Source: Raillietiella orientalis (taxonomy: Eukaryota). Taken from it: DNA of 64,000 nt. The notes under the pieces were generated by a model, which saw only the letters and a program-made list of their open reading frames with translations, had not been told where the DNA came from and searched no databases. The translations under genes and the position numbers were made by a program. Of this stretch, positions 1 to 11,495 are shown one piece after another (positions within the stretch are counted from its first letter, which is position 1; each line of letters begins with the position of its first letter). The stretch spans positions 310,001-374,000 of the forward strand of contig JAYWIR010000041.1 in assembly GCA_036172245.1 (NCBI GenBank), written 5' to 3'.

Positions 1-143
1 CCCTGGCAAAGCTACTCCGGGAGCAGGGCTTGTGAGGCGCGGGAGCTCTTGGCACCCTTACCGCCGGTGCGAGCACGAAACGATCTCGGAGAAGCACGCG
101 GGAATTGTTCCATTTTTACGAATTACGTCCGTAAATTATATGG

Positions 144-679
144 TTGAACCTCAGAAGAGCAAAAATGGTCTTCCTAAAGAAGTATTACGCCGAACTGACC
201 GAGGTTAGAGAACCAGCTCGCAGCACTTTTGCTGCTGATGCCGTTCCGCCTCCACTCTCAGCGCCAGCTCCAGCCTCAGGATCCAGGCCTCGTAGGAGGT
301 ACAGTCCTACGCCGAGCCGAGGTGACCATGGTGCTTTGATATCAGAGCACTTCCCTGCGCCAGATAGGCCGACCCCGACTCCCAAGTACCTGTCGACCAC
401 CTCCTCTGAGACGAGGAACGATCAACTGTGGTTGGATGCGTTCCAAGTGGATGGGGACCAGGGATACACTCAAGATGGAGGAGTTTTAAAGTTCGAGACA
501 AGACTACCGCGATGGGTTTTTTTGCCCTCGTCGATAGAAGCTGTTTATATGCTGAGAACCCAACGACGCAGTGGCGTCAGTTTCTGCCGGAATATTCCAT
601 CCTGCGACGCATGCTGCCACGCGCGGAGGCCTTAACCACAAAGCCTCCGACGCGGGCATTCGATTTCCTATTCCAGTAA
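144..679 (+). other. GC-rich, frameshifted ORF remnant of unknown family (probably repeat-derived)
   Basis: Two overlapping ORFs (144-635, 428-679) in a GC-rich patch bounded by AT-rich DNA. In-frame stops lie upstream, no splice structure is visible and no domain was recognised. Confidence 0.2.
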
Positions 680-1150
680 AATAGCGTTTTCCTCAATGAC
701 CACTGCGGTTTGGGGGATTTGGGCATTCGATGTTTATAGCTTGGCAGGGCTTCAGATTAGAGTCTATGATCATGAAGGTCATCCAACTCTTATGAACCCC
801 CACCGTTCACTTCTTCATAATCCATACCTGTTTTATTATCAAAGTTAACAGCTACAATCCTGCAAATAAAGAGAGGGAACTCTTCCCATCTTCCATTCTT
901 CTTTCGCATTTCCGTATGTTGCATTTTTCTTGTTTCTTTTTTTTATTTTGTATCTATTTTCATTCTTTTACACTATTTTTAATTGTTAGAATTATTCCTT
1001 ATCCTTTTACAATTTGGTATTCATGTGTTCACTAAGTACATATATTTTGGAAATATATAAACACTTGCATATAAATATATTCACATGTAAATAAGTATCA
1101 ACATATACACATGTATATGAATATATAAATACACACACATTTACATATTG

Positions 1151-1151
<1 letters not shown>

Positions 1152-1186
<35 letters not shown>
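1152..1186. repeat. (TA)n microsatellite within AT-rich low-complexity tract (~1040-1340)
   Basis: Directly visible TATATA run. Confidence 0.95.
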
Positions 1187-1188
<2 letters not shown>

Positions 1189-1806
1189 TTATGCATATTA
1201 ATTTATGTTTTTAATATATACATATGCATTTTGCGTGTGCCTGAATATGTATATACAAATAGACATGTAGATATTTACTATAAATAGACATACAGAAACA
1301 TATAAATAGATATACAGAAATCTATGAGTATATTGATATATGCAGAACGGATGAGCAGGTGAAACTCAGTTTAGGATTAACACGGATGACAAGTTGAGGG
1401 GGGGGGGATGGGATGGAGCAGCCAGTTATTCAAAGAGTCTTTCAACTTCGAACTAGTTGTAAAGAGTGAAACGGGCCTGGGCTGAGAAAGTAAACGAAAC
1501 GTAGCGTTTCGTCACGATGAGCGCTGTGTCCGCAGAAGTTACAAGAGATCGAAAAAAGATGGCGAATGATAGGCACTCCAGGGATGGCAGAAGAAAGCGT
1601 CTCAAGATACACATTAGCTACAGAAAAATACCTCGCTCTCTACACCGAAGCGATGAAAAAAACCTAACCATTGGAGAGAGGCGGGCAAATAGAAGGAACA
1701 TCAAATAGGTTCCCCCAAAAGGCGACTTCCCATCGGAACACACACCTACCAGTAGCTCTTTCGGAAAGCCTAAAGCAAAAGCAGGGAAAAGAGAGTACGA
1801 GGAGCA

Positions 1807-2621
1807 TTATCGAGACAAGTGAGGGCATGTGAAGAGCTCATACGGAGTGGTGTGCAGCTGCTCCTTTCTTGCCAGAAGTGTTTTAGATGAAAGCCTCGCC
1901 TGCTGCGTGGGCATTCCAGGAGTAGAACGAGAACCACCATCCCCTTGGGACTTTTGAGAAGGTAGATCGGCGTTCGTGAATGTGGTAAAGTACCTGCGTA
2001 CCATTATATCCTAAAGAATCTTCAGGAATCCGATCGTCCATACCCCAATCTCCCTTGAGGCTATTTCCTGGTGACAAGACCTCAAGTGCTGCTCCGCGCA
2101 GGAACAAGTTTTCATTTGTCCTGCGTAGTGCGACGACCGTGCCGCAGTGAACGAAAGCTATTGATCGAGGTTGTTTCACTGTTTGGTTTCTGAGTTTAAT
2201 ATTTGAGTCAAATGTTCCACTGGGGACTGGGGAATAGACCTTGATGACTGCCTGTATACCCATCTCGAACCTCGCAGTCGATTTCAAGGGAGTGGAGTCC
2301 TTGCTACTTTGCAACCGATGCCAGATGAAGTATCTTGGGTTCCCACTGAAGTACATCTCGGCCCTATGGCAAGAACACCAGTGGATCCTCTTAGCTTCCT
2401 CATAGAGACAGGAGTTAGTGAGCATCTAGGTGCGCATTACGAGAGGAATGGCAGTAGTCAACAGGCAGAGGGGGTAGTCTCGTACTCCATAGCAAGAGTG
2501 ACGAAACATCTAGGAGTGGAAGATGGAACAGCTGGTCGACACGGAGATACTTGTATTGCCCAAAAGGATTGGGGAGAAACATATTATTCCGAAAATAAAC
2601 CTTCAAATACAGCATTTTCAA
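1807..2621 (-). other. Unassigned ORF-bearing segment (180-aa ORF 1883-2425), possibly a decayed mobile element
   Basis: Roughly balanced base composition unlike the AT-rich flanks. Long minus-strand ORF without a recognisable motif. Lies downstream (minus sense) of the hairpin repeat array at 2717-3075. Confidence 0.2.
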
Positions 2622-2716
2622 TATTTCCTAAAAAGTAGAAATAAACCTAAGAAAATAACATAATAAAGGATGCAAAACTGCGGGAAGCTGTAGCGCCCCT
2701 TCTGAGTTTCGGAAGC

Positions 2717-2985
2717 TTCCCTTCGGGGTTCTCTTCAGCGAAGTAAAAAGGAGCGGTTCCCTTGCGGGTTCCCGCCGGAGAAGAAATTCCTACTAGCGGA
2801 CCCTTTCCGGGGGTTCCCTTCGGAGAGAATGAGGAAGGAGATTCCCTTCGGGGTTCCCCTTCGGAGACAACCAGGGTGGGAGTGCGAGCCCCCCGGACGG
2901 GGGGGATCCCTCCCCAAGTGTGAGAGGAATGGACTCCGAGCCCTTCCTGGATTCATAGGGCGGGATCGCCTTCCGGGGTTGCCCC
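2717..2985. repeat. Degenerate tandem repeat with unit TTCCCTTCGGGGTTCCC(C)TTCGGAGA, ~41-43 nt period
   Basis: Copies at 2717-2741, 2757-2781, 2800-2826 and 2842-2867, plus a partial copy at 2967-2985, separated by dissimilar purine-rich spacers. Confidence 0.8.
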
Positions 2986-4495
2986 CTCTATCTTGAAGAA
3001 TAACACGCACCCTCCGCGGGTGGCGTGGAACAGTGTTAAAGAGCCACTGCGCCGCGAGGCACGCGACCGGCTCTTGAGGTACTTAGCGAACCAAAAGAAG
3101 TTATGCGTCAGGTATTGTATATGGTACCGTACACTCAATCTTCTCCAAAACCCAACGGATTCCTGGATACGACGTAATTCTTAGCGTTCGCTAATTTTCC
3201 GATGAAGAATATATATTAAAGATATGTACTGAAAAATAAAGAAAATATAGAAATGTGCTTCAAAAGCCCTTATTTATTTATTTTCTTGTGTTGAATTCGC
3301 ATGATACAGAAATACATTTAAAAATTAATTCCTCATGAAATTTATTAAATATGTTTACATGCGAGTGAGAAGTTTGCCGAAATAAAACAGCTGGTTGCCG
3401 TCATTATTATGTCAGTTATAAAATGAAGTGTTTGAGGTGTAAACCTTGAAAGTTTCAAATTATCTTGATATCTGAATGCAAAAAATGCGAACTCATCTCG
3501 TTCTTTCACTTTTCCTGTAAGATATGGAAAGTTAGTTTCTGTGATCATCCCTATAAACAGCTCAGGTAGATCTAATTTTAACGTTTGTGATACAAAATGA
3601 TTGCTGCTTCTCCCGGATCCCTCAAGAAATCCTGTGTTAAGTTTTTGTGGCAACTAATTCTCCTAATGTTCAAGTTCCAAATCTTCGATTTTAGTTCTGA
3701 AATCTTAAACTTCACTGACTCTGGCACAACAAATGGTTCTTAAAGACCTATTTTTTTTGAAGAATAATAACTACCGTAATTGGTCAAATAATATCAAGGT
3801 TCAGTTTTCGGTTTTGACCACTGTGCATGCCGAGAACATGTGGATTCGAGCTCTATTGTAAAATGTCCCGTTGTGTTATTACTGTGTTATTAACTGTAAA
3901 TTATTCTTTTTACCGAGTGTTGCCATGTTTGCATTCTACTCAAATTCGACTTAAAAACAAAAAAAAACCCTATTGCCTCGAAATCGCTTAATTATCAGAA
4001 ATATGAGTAGAAATAGTATATACAATACGTTATTAGAAAAATACAAACACGTCTGCATCTGATGTTCCTCCCATAGCTTTGTTTTTTCAGAATTTGAATT
4101 AAGCAGTTTATATGCTGTTTTTCCCTTCCACGGAGAGCCTCTAAGTTACTTCCGTTGCTGCATGTAAATTCTTCTGTTAGTGAGTCAGTAAGTTGATGGT
4201 TTCCAGAAATATGTATAGAACTGAAACGCGGTGCATTTATTCACTACTGTGAACAAGGTCTCGTTGTTTCGTCAGTGAGTATGTACACCGATTTCTATGT
4301 ACGAATGTACAGCAACTGAATTTGATGCGAGACTCGGTGTCTGGATGGTATTTAAAATCGTTTAGGTTTATAATCATTGAATCCCCCTCGCAGTAGTGGA
4401 AATTCAGTACGGTACGCGAGCTTGTTGTGTGAAGTGTGCGAAAGCATTGTTTATAAAAGTTTCACAATGGTTTCCAGGTTTGATTATTTCCAGTG

Positions 4496-7400
4496 ATGTC
4501 GGATCTAAATTTATCAGTTTTTAATTTTCTAACACAGTTTGGGAAAACTGCTCTTGCGACCACATTGGTGTTCTATCTTGGATATTATAAATTTAGTTTG
4601 GCATGGTTGTTATTGCCTATATTGTTTTCTGTTTGGTCAAATAAACGAAGGAAGAATCGTGAGAAAAGAATTACCTATGGTCTCCTAAAATGTGATCCTG
4701 CGTTAGAAAAAACGCTTATTACAATTCTTAAGTCTGATGATTTACCATCATGGGTAACAACACATTTCCTTATTTTCTGGCATTTGAGTTTTAGAATCTG
4801 ATTATTTGCAGGTCCATTTCCCAGACTTTGAGAGAGCCGAATGGTTCAATAGAGTAAGTTTTTCATTACATTTTCATAGTATGCTTATTCCTTCAATTTG
4901 TTGAACAGAAGTGTGTTTAATGTTTACATTGTAATTATAACATCTTTTCAATAATCATTACACAGTTCCTGCATGGATATGCATATTTATGATCCTTTTC
5001 CCTGTTTAGATAATTAAACAGTTGTGGCCATCGATAAATATATATGCAGAAGATCTATTACGATACAATATTGAACCTATGTTGCAAGATATGATGAGTA
5101 ATTTGAAATTAGGAACTTTCAAATTTGAAAAAGTTCTCCTTGGGGATATGGTAATAACGCATTTGCAAGGCTTGAAAAATTCTGTTTTGTATTAACAGCC
5201 CGTACGAGTTGGGGGTGTAAAAGTATATGAAACAAATATTTCAAGGAAAGAGATTATTATGGATCTGGAAATCGTGTAAGGAACTAAGTCAATTTACAAA
5301 ATACTTAGACGGAAAAATTTAAATGTTTTTGATTGTGTTTAACTTGATTATGTCATATTCAGGCTAGAAACTTTAAGATAATCAATTTGCACCCATACAA
5401 TTGCTTACCTATGCATGTGTCCTTTTTAAATACTTTCTTAAAAAGAATGGGTTTGACCATTTTTTGCCCTGTATTATTGTAATTGTAGTTGCAAATGAAG
5501 CTTATGTTATAAATGATTTTCTTTGAATTTGGTTTAATAAATATTTCAGTTTAAGTATAAAGCAGTCTTTTTAAAATAAGTTAGGAAGTTCAATTAATTA
5601 ATTTGAATGCCGTAAAGACCTTTGTTAAAGTTTTCGTGTTTTTTGCAACTATTTAGAATTCGAATAGAAGTATGTTTTAGGTCTCCATCATTTCAGGGTA
5701 ATTTTGAAGGATCAGATACTTCAAAAGGACCTTGTTTTATATGCTAAAACCTATTGTTGTTTTTTTACTGAATTACTTGTACAGGCTGTGTTGATGTAAA
5801 CTTATCAACTCTATTATTAAAGTATCACGTTTTCTCAATAACTGTCATAATTTTCCAATTTGTTATATGTTTCGGAAAAAACAAAGTTATGCATTGAGCT
5901 GCATAGTGATTTACAAGGGATCTTTATAAAAGCTCTCTGTGTATGTATTTGATTGCAGTTATCATGGAGATTGCAAGATTCTGGTTTCCATCAACAGAAT
6001 CAAAGCAGGAATTAAAGATTTATGTGTAAGTCAGTTTGAAGTTTGTACTATTTTAGTACTATTTTTGTAGATGGAAGGAATGTTGCGTGTTGTTATGAAA
6101 CCTTTAATTCCTAAAATTCCCCTTATTGGGGGCATTCAGGCCTATTTTCTGAAAACTCCATCTATTGATTATTTATTAACTAATGCAGCAGAAGTAGTTG
6201 ATATTCCTGGTTTGGGGTATGTATTGCGACATATAAGACAATAAAGAACTGTTTTTTCTTTGTGTACATTAGTGATGTGATTCGAAAGTTAGTTGTCTCT
6301 AGTGTTGCCAGTGTTTGTGTATTGCCTAATAAGTATTGCATGGTTTTAGGAGAAGAGGTATCAATGTATCAGTTGAAACAAATACATCCTTTGGTATGCA
6401 ATACTTATTGTTATCTTAATATTTCTTTAGGGCGTTTTAAGGGTACATGTTGTCCAAGGTCAAGAACTTCCCAAAAAAGATGTGGGATTTAATGCTAAAT
6501 CAGATCCCTACTGCATTATTAATCTGGGAGCACAAGAATTCCATACTCATGTGATTCAGAAAACCTTAAATCCCATTTGGGATTACATGTGTGAGGTGGG
6601 TTAGTATTATATTTGTATAAGTTTAGGGAGGATAGGATGATGATGAGTTTGGCCCAGAGTTTATAGCTATATAGAAGGTTGATTAGATGATAACCTGAAG
6701 TGTATATATGCTCAGGTTGTCTGTGAAGATTCCCAGCAAAGTGTTCATCTTCGTGTCTTGGATGAGGATCGCAGCAAACCTTTCAATGAAGATGATTATA
6801 TTGGCAGGTGAGCAGCTGGGACAAGTCTTGCACTCTTGTTTCCCATGGCTGCGCATTCCAGGATCCAATAAACCTTACACTCACTGTCTACCTTTTTAAT
6901 CATTCTAACATGTCTAAGTTGCTCCTAATATTACTCATTTCTTTTCACCTTGATTAGCTTTATGTTGATGACTTACAGCAGTCTGTGCTCTTCCTTCTCT
7001 GGGATCATGACCATACCTCACGGGATGATAGCCTGGGCAGGTAAGTCTTTGATCTTGGAATATGCTTATCTGCCAACAAAATGAACTGGTTATTCCCATG
7101 GTTAATATAATTACCAGTGTTACTATTCTTTGATTTGGGGCAGTTGAGGCAATTGGTGAGATCATGTTTGTTTTTCATTCACCCTCCTTTCCAATTCTTT
7201 GCCAGTGTTCAGCCATTTGGGTAGCTTCTGTGTTGTAGCATAGATGTTTCTTACTGTTTGTTGATTGTTGTGTGTTGTTAATTGTGTGCATACTTGCTCC
7301 ATGACTGGTTGCAGCTAATAAAAGCATTTTGCGTGTTTTTTTTTTTTGTGATGTGTTTCTAGCATAAGTCTATAACATTATGTGGACTTAGTGTATGCTT

Positions 7401-10400
7401 TCTTGCAGTTGCTGTGTTCCTGTTTCTGAGCTTGCTGAACAAGGATACTCTGATACAGTATGTAATTTCATCTCTGCTTTTTTTTTTGCTATTATTGTGC
7501 ATATTTTTGTTTTTCTGTTTTGAACTCATTAGTGGTACTTTGTACTAATCTGTCCTTTTTTATTCTGTTTGTTTATTCTTTGCAAGTATAAAAGTTTCTT
7601 TTAGCCATGATCCAGTGCTTTCAAAAATATAGTGCTAGTATTTTCATTCTGCTCACAAAGTTTGATGTGATTGTGCTTACTTCTTCATATACTTTTTCAA
7701 AAAATAACCAGAAGTCTATCTGTTGATTCTCAATTTTTGTGTAAATGATGCAGGATTTAATGATATGTCTTGAACTTTAGTGGTTGACTCTTCAAGAAGC
7801 AAACTGTGGAAGAATCCATGTTAGATTTCAATGGCTGAACATAAGCTCAGAAGCAAGTGATCTTAAAGAAGTAAGACAAACAAATGCTTGTAATTACAAC
7901 TGCTAATATATGCAAGTATATAAATGTATGTATCGTAATAACAGTCTGAAACTTATGAAAATTGCATTTTTTTATTGAGCTTAAATGGGTTTTAGGAAAA
8001 GCTTTGGTGTTCCAAAACATAGTGGTCCCACTTGATTGTGCATACCACTAGTTTCAGATTGTTTTTTGTTTGTATATTTGAATGCTTCATTCACATTTTT
8101 CCTATTGTAATCATGGTTATATTTTCTGAATCACATCAGATACTGATTGTTTTTCCTTCAAATTCCCTAGTTTTTCATCGTTACTCCACATGTTACCTAA
8201 TTTTTGTGGGGCCATGATTTTTTTAGGATCTGTCAAACACTCATTTCTTCTGCATTTCAAATTTTGGGGATTGTGAGAACTGAACTTATTCTTGCAAATC
8301 TAGCTGTCATCACTGAATTTTCTACTCTGTTTTCTCAGAAGTTGCCATTTTTTTCTTTTTTTTTGCATGTCTTGTTATTTGCTTCAGCTGGTGTGACTAC
8401 TGATTTCTCGAAACTTTACAACTGAATAGTAGAACAGTTTAGAGTCTATCAGGGAAAGGAACTTTCGGAATTTATTCATTCGAAAAATGTGTTTTACAAT
8501 TTATATCTTGTATAAACATCTCAGGATGCATTTTATTTTGATCTTAGATTGTAGCTCTCAGTTAAGAACTATGCATATTTTTGAATTAAGTGGCATATGC
8601 ACTTGAGCATTCACAGAGCATTATTGAAAGAAAAGTTCGAATTAAGATTCTTATTTGAAGCTTTTCACATGTCTTAAAAGTGAATTGCGAATACATGAGT
8701 ACCAGAATCATGTTTTAAGATAGTATTATTGATGCGAAGTAACCAAAACTTATCTTATGAATTCTGAATTTAGATTTACTCCATTACTAATTGACTGTTA
8801 AATTTTAGGTAACAGAATTCAACTTGAATTACAGCAAGCGTTTGAAAGGATCGGGTTTCTCAGAGGCTTTATTATCCGTATTTGTGGATTCTGCTAATCA
8901 TTTGACTGTAGGTTGGTTACAACTGATTTTTGCCTATGCCCTTGTGTAAGGATATTGGACCACGACATGAAGAACCAGATGCAAAAGTTGTCATGACTTG
9001 TTCTGGGATTAAAAAGGAGACCCTCATAAAATATCGAACATGTGACCCAATATGGGAAGAAGCCTTTATATTTTTTATTAAAAATGTTCAGCAAGAAGAT
9101 ATTAGTTTTCAAGTACGTGGTTGTTATTTGGTGGAAAATTTTGCCCTTTTTTTTTTGTATTTTAGGTGCATGATTCAAGAACAAACACAAAATTGGGAGA
9201 TGTTGTATATAGTATTAAGCAGTTACTTAAGGAGCCAAATCTCGAATTTGAAATGACTCCAATTTTATTATTGGGAAGCAGAGGAAATAGCCGCCTCGTT
9301 GTATCCATGAAGCTTATGGTAATAATTTTAAGATTTTTATTTATTGCAATTTACTTTTTGTTTGTATGTCATTCATGGAGTTTTTTTATATTGTACTTGC
9401 CTTTGAAATTTTGTGCTTCAAGGGACTGTTTTAAATTAAAACACCTTGATATTTGTCAGCTGACAGAAGCCATTGTGGTTTAAATTGTTTTGACGGTTTG
9501 CTTTTTGAATTTAGATATTGAAACCCAGTCCATTGGCAGAAAAACAGCTGGATCCTTCCATGCTAGGGGACATAACATTGAATACTTCAGAAACAACACA
9601 AATGAATTCAGGTCAGAAAATTTTGGATGCTGTATTGGGATATTGATGTTGAGAGTGAAATTGCTCTAATAATTATATTAGATATTAGATTGTAGTTACC
9701 TGGTAGAATACATACAGTTGTGTTGGCACTTAATAATGGCAACAGAATTCGTGTAAGCAAGGTGCAGTATGATTTCACTCTGGGCATTATTTGTGATAAT
9801 TTAAACCAAAAGAAAGGAGTGCATGTGAGATAAAAGCAAAAATTCTTAATTCAGAATTTGAAAGTGAATGTTTTTATTTATGAAAAAGTCAAGCATATAT
9901 GGTTCAGCACTATTAGGTACTTTACATGTAGGGTGATTGCACCTAAGGTCTTGAAAGAATAAAGTAGAGAGAACTTCAGCATGTGCGTGAAGAATCTGAT
10001 AAAAATTTTTTACATACAACCAGTGAAAAAGTCATAAATGATTCTAGTTGAAACATTCAAGTGCGACAGATTAAACTTTGTATGACAAGTAATTGAATTA
10101 ATGGTACGAACTTACTTGCGTATGCATCTCCATAAGTCATACCTTAATTGTGCCAAGTGGACTATGTGTACATATCCAAACATTCATCAGCATACAATAA
10201 GCTGGTGTTTTAATATCATGTGGCTCAAAATGAACATCTGAATGACGATGGTGGGAAACTTGTCCTGTTGCAGTATTATGAATTTACTTCATGAGTGCAT
10301 GGAACAAGTTCCCCAGAGTACATTAGTTTATATTTTCGTGTGATTTTGCATCAACTGCAATTTTTTGATTTAGGTGGTCCTTCTGATTCAACACTTGGAT

Positions 10401-11180
10401 CATCAATTGAAAGTGAGTTTAGCAGCATGACAAGCAATAAAGAATATCGTATTCCTGCTGGTGAAAATACTAATCAACAGACGCATGTTTTGGACCCAAT
10501 TTCTTTAACTGAGGAGATTGAAAAGCCTATTATAGAATCACTTATTCCCAAAGCTGAATCTGATATTTCTGGGAAACATAAGCCAGAAAGGGTTGATAAT
10601 GCTCTGCGTAGGAGAAATGTGTATGTATTTGTCATAATTTAATCAATCACTCTGTAGATTATAGACCTGATGAATATGGAAAAGTGAAATTGACCTTGCG
10701 CTACAGTACTGCACGAAGAGTTCTCATTGTGGTGGTACATGAGGCAGCGTAAGTGTGAATGTCACGTATCTGTTTGCATTTTGTTCTGATCTACTCAGTA
10801 ACCTTCCCATGGAGGATGAAGATGAAGAACCTGATCCATATATCAAATTGTATTTGCTACCAGACAGAAGAGAGTCTAGCAAGAAGAAAACAAGGTCTTT
10901 CAAGGATGAAAGAAATCCCGTATATGATGAACAATTTGAATTTGAGGTCAGCAATGCTGATTTGGCACACCGGACTCTGGAAGTTAGTGCCTGCTCAAAG
11001 AAAAAATCTATAAAGTTCATGAGCAAAACTCCCGTGTTAGGCATAGTGAGTTGTATAAATGTTTGTAGTTTTTATTTCAGATGTGTTTTTAAGGCTTTCA
11101 TATCCTTGGAATACATGGATTTGAGCCAGGCTGTAACTAATTGGTATTCCTTCAGTTCTCCAGATACAGGAATGGGATAG
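4496..11180 (+). CDS. Esyt2: Extended synaptotagmin (E-Syt2/3-type: N-terminal membrane hairpin, SMP domain, C2A, C2B, C2C); ~807 aa with exon A, ~804 aa with exon B
   Basis: Hand-spliced GT-AG exons: 4496-4753, 4812-4853, 5010-5150, 5199-5275, 5959-6025, 6071-6216, 6273-6393, 6431-6595, [6716-6807 or 6958-7040], 7409-7457, 7781-7870, 8809-8907, 8951-9112, 9166-9318, 9515-9611, 10374-10620, 10665-10748, 10799-11045, 11094-11180. The frame is continuous. Motifs: DLPSWVHFPDFERAEWFNRIIKQLWP (SMP start), GVLRVHVVQGQELPKKD..KSDPYC (C2A), PDPYIKLYLLPDRRESSKKKT..NPVYDEQFEF (C2C). The start codon is less certain because upstream exons are possible. Confidence 0.93.
6716..6807 (+). CDS. Esyt2: E-Syt mutually exclusive exon A (C2A loop-3 region, VVCEDSQQSVHLRVLDEDRSKPFNEDDYIG)
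   Basis: ctcag|GTT...GGCAG|gtgag; 92 nt, phase 0 to 2; paralogous to exon B. Confidence 0.85.
6958..7040 (+). CDS. Esyt2: E-Syt mutually exclusive exon B (LYVDDLQQSVLFLLWDHDHTSRDDSLG)
   Basis: attag|CTT...GGCAG|gtaagt; 83 nt, phase 0 to 2; shares QQSV and D-x-D...DD-x-[IL]-G with exon A. Confidence 0.87.
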
Positions 11181-11489
11181 AGCATGAACAACGACCTTTC
11201 TTGTCATATAGCTTGTGTTATTCATTTTGCTAAATTTCCTTGGAATGTGAATCGTATATACAGCTTGCACATCTTCTGTGATCTGTTTAACTAGTCAGAA
11301 GTCACACTTATTTCCCGGTGTTGGTTCATTCAAAGTCCTTTTTGCTGCTTTAAAGCTTGCTAGTAATATGTTACAAAACATAGACATTTCCCTAAAAGCG
11401 TATGAGTGTTTTGGTTTGAACAAGGTGTTTGTCAGAAAACCTCGAAACAAAATTATATTGTAGATTATTGTGAAAGAAACTTTTAGTGA

Positions 11490-11495
11490 AATAAA
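11490..11495 (+). terminator. Candidate polyadenylation signal of E-Syt
   Basis: AATAAA ~310 nt after the stop codon. Confidence 0.4.

Noticed and set aside
2717..2867. CRISPR-like repeat/spacer appearance
   Set aside because: Repeats are degenerate, spacers are only ~15-18 nt, there are no cas genes, and the context is a eukaryotic intron-containing genome.
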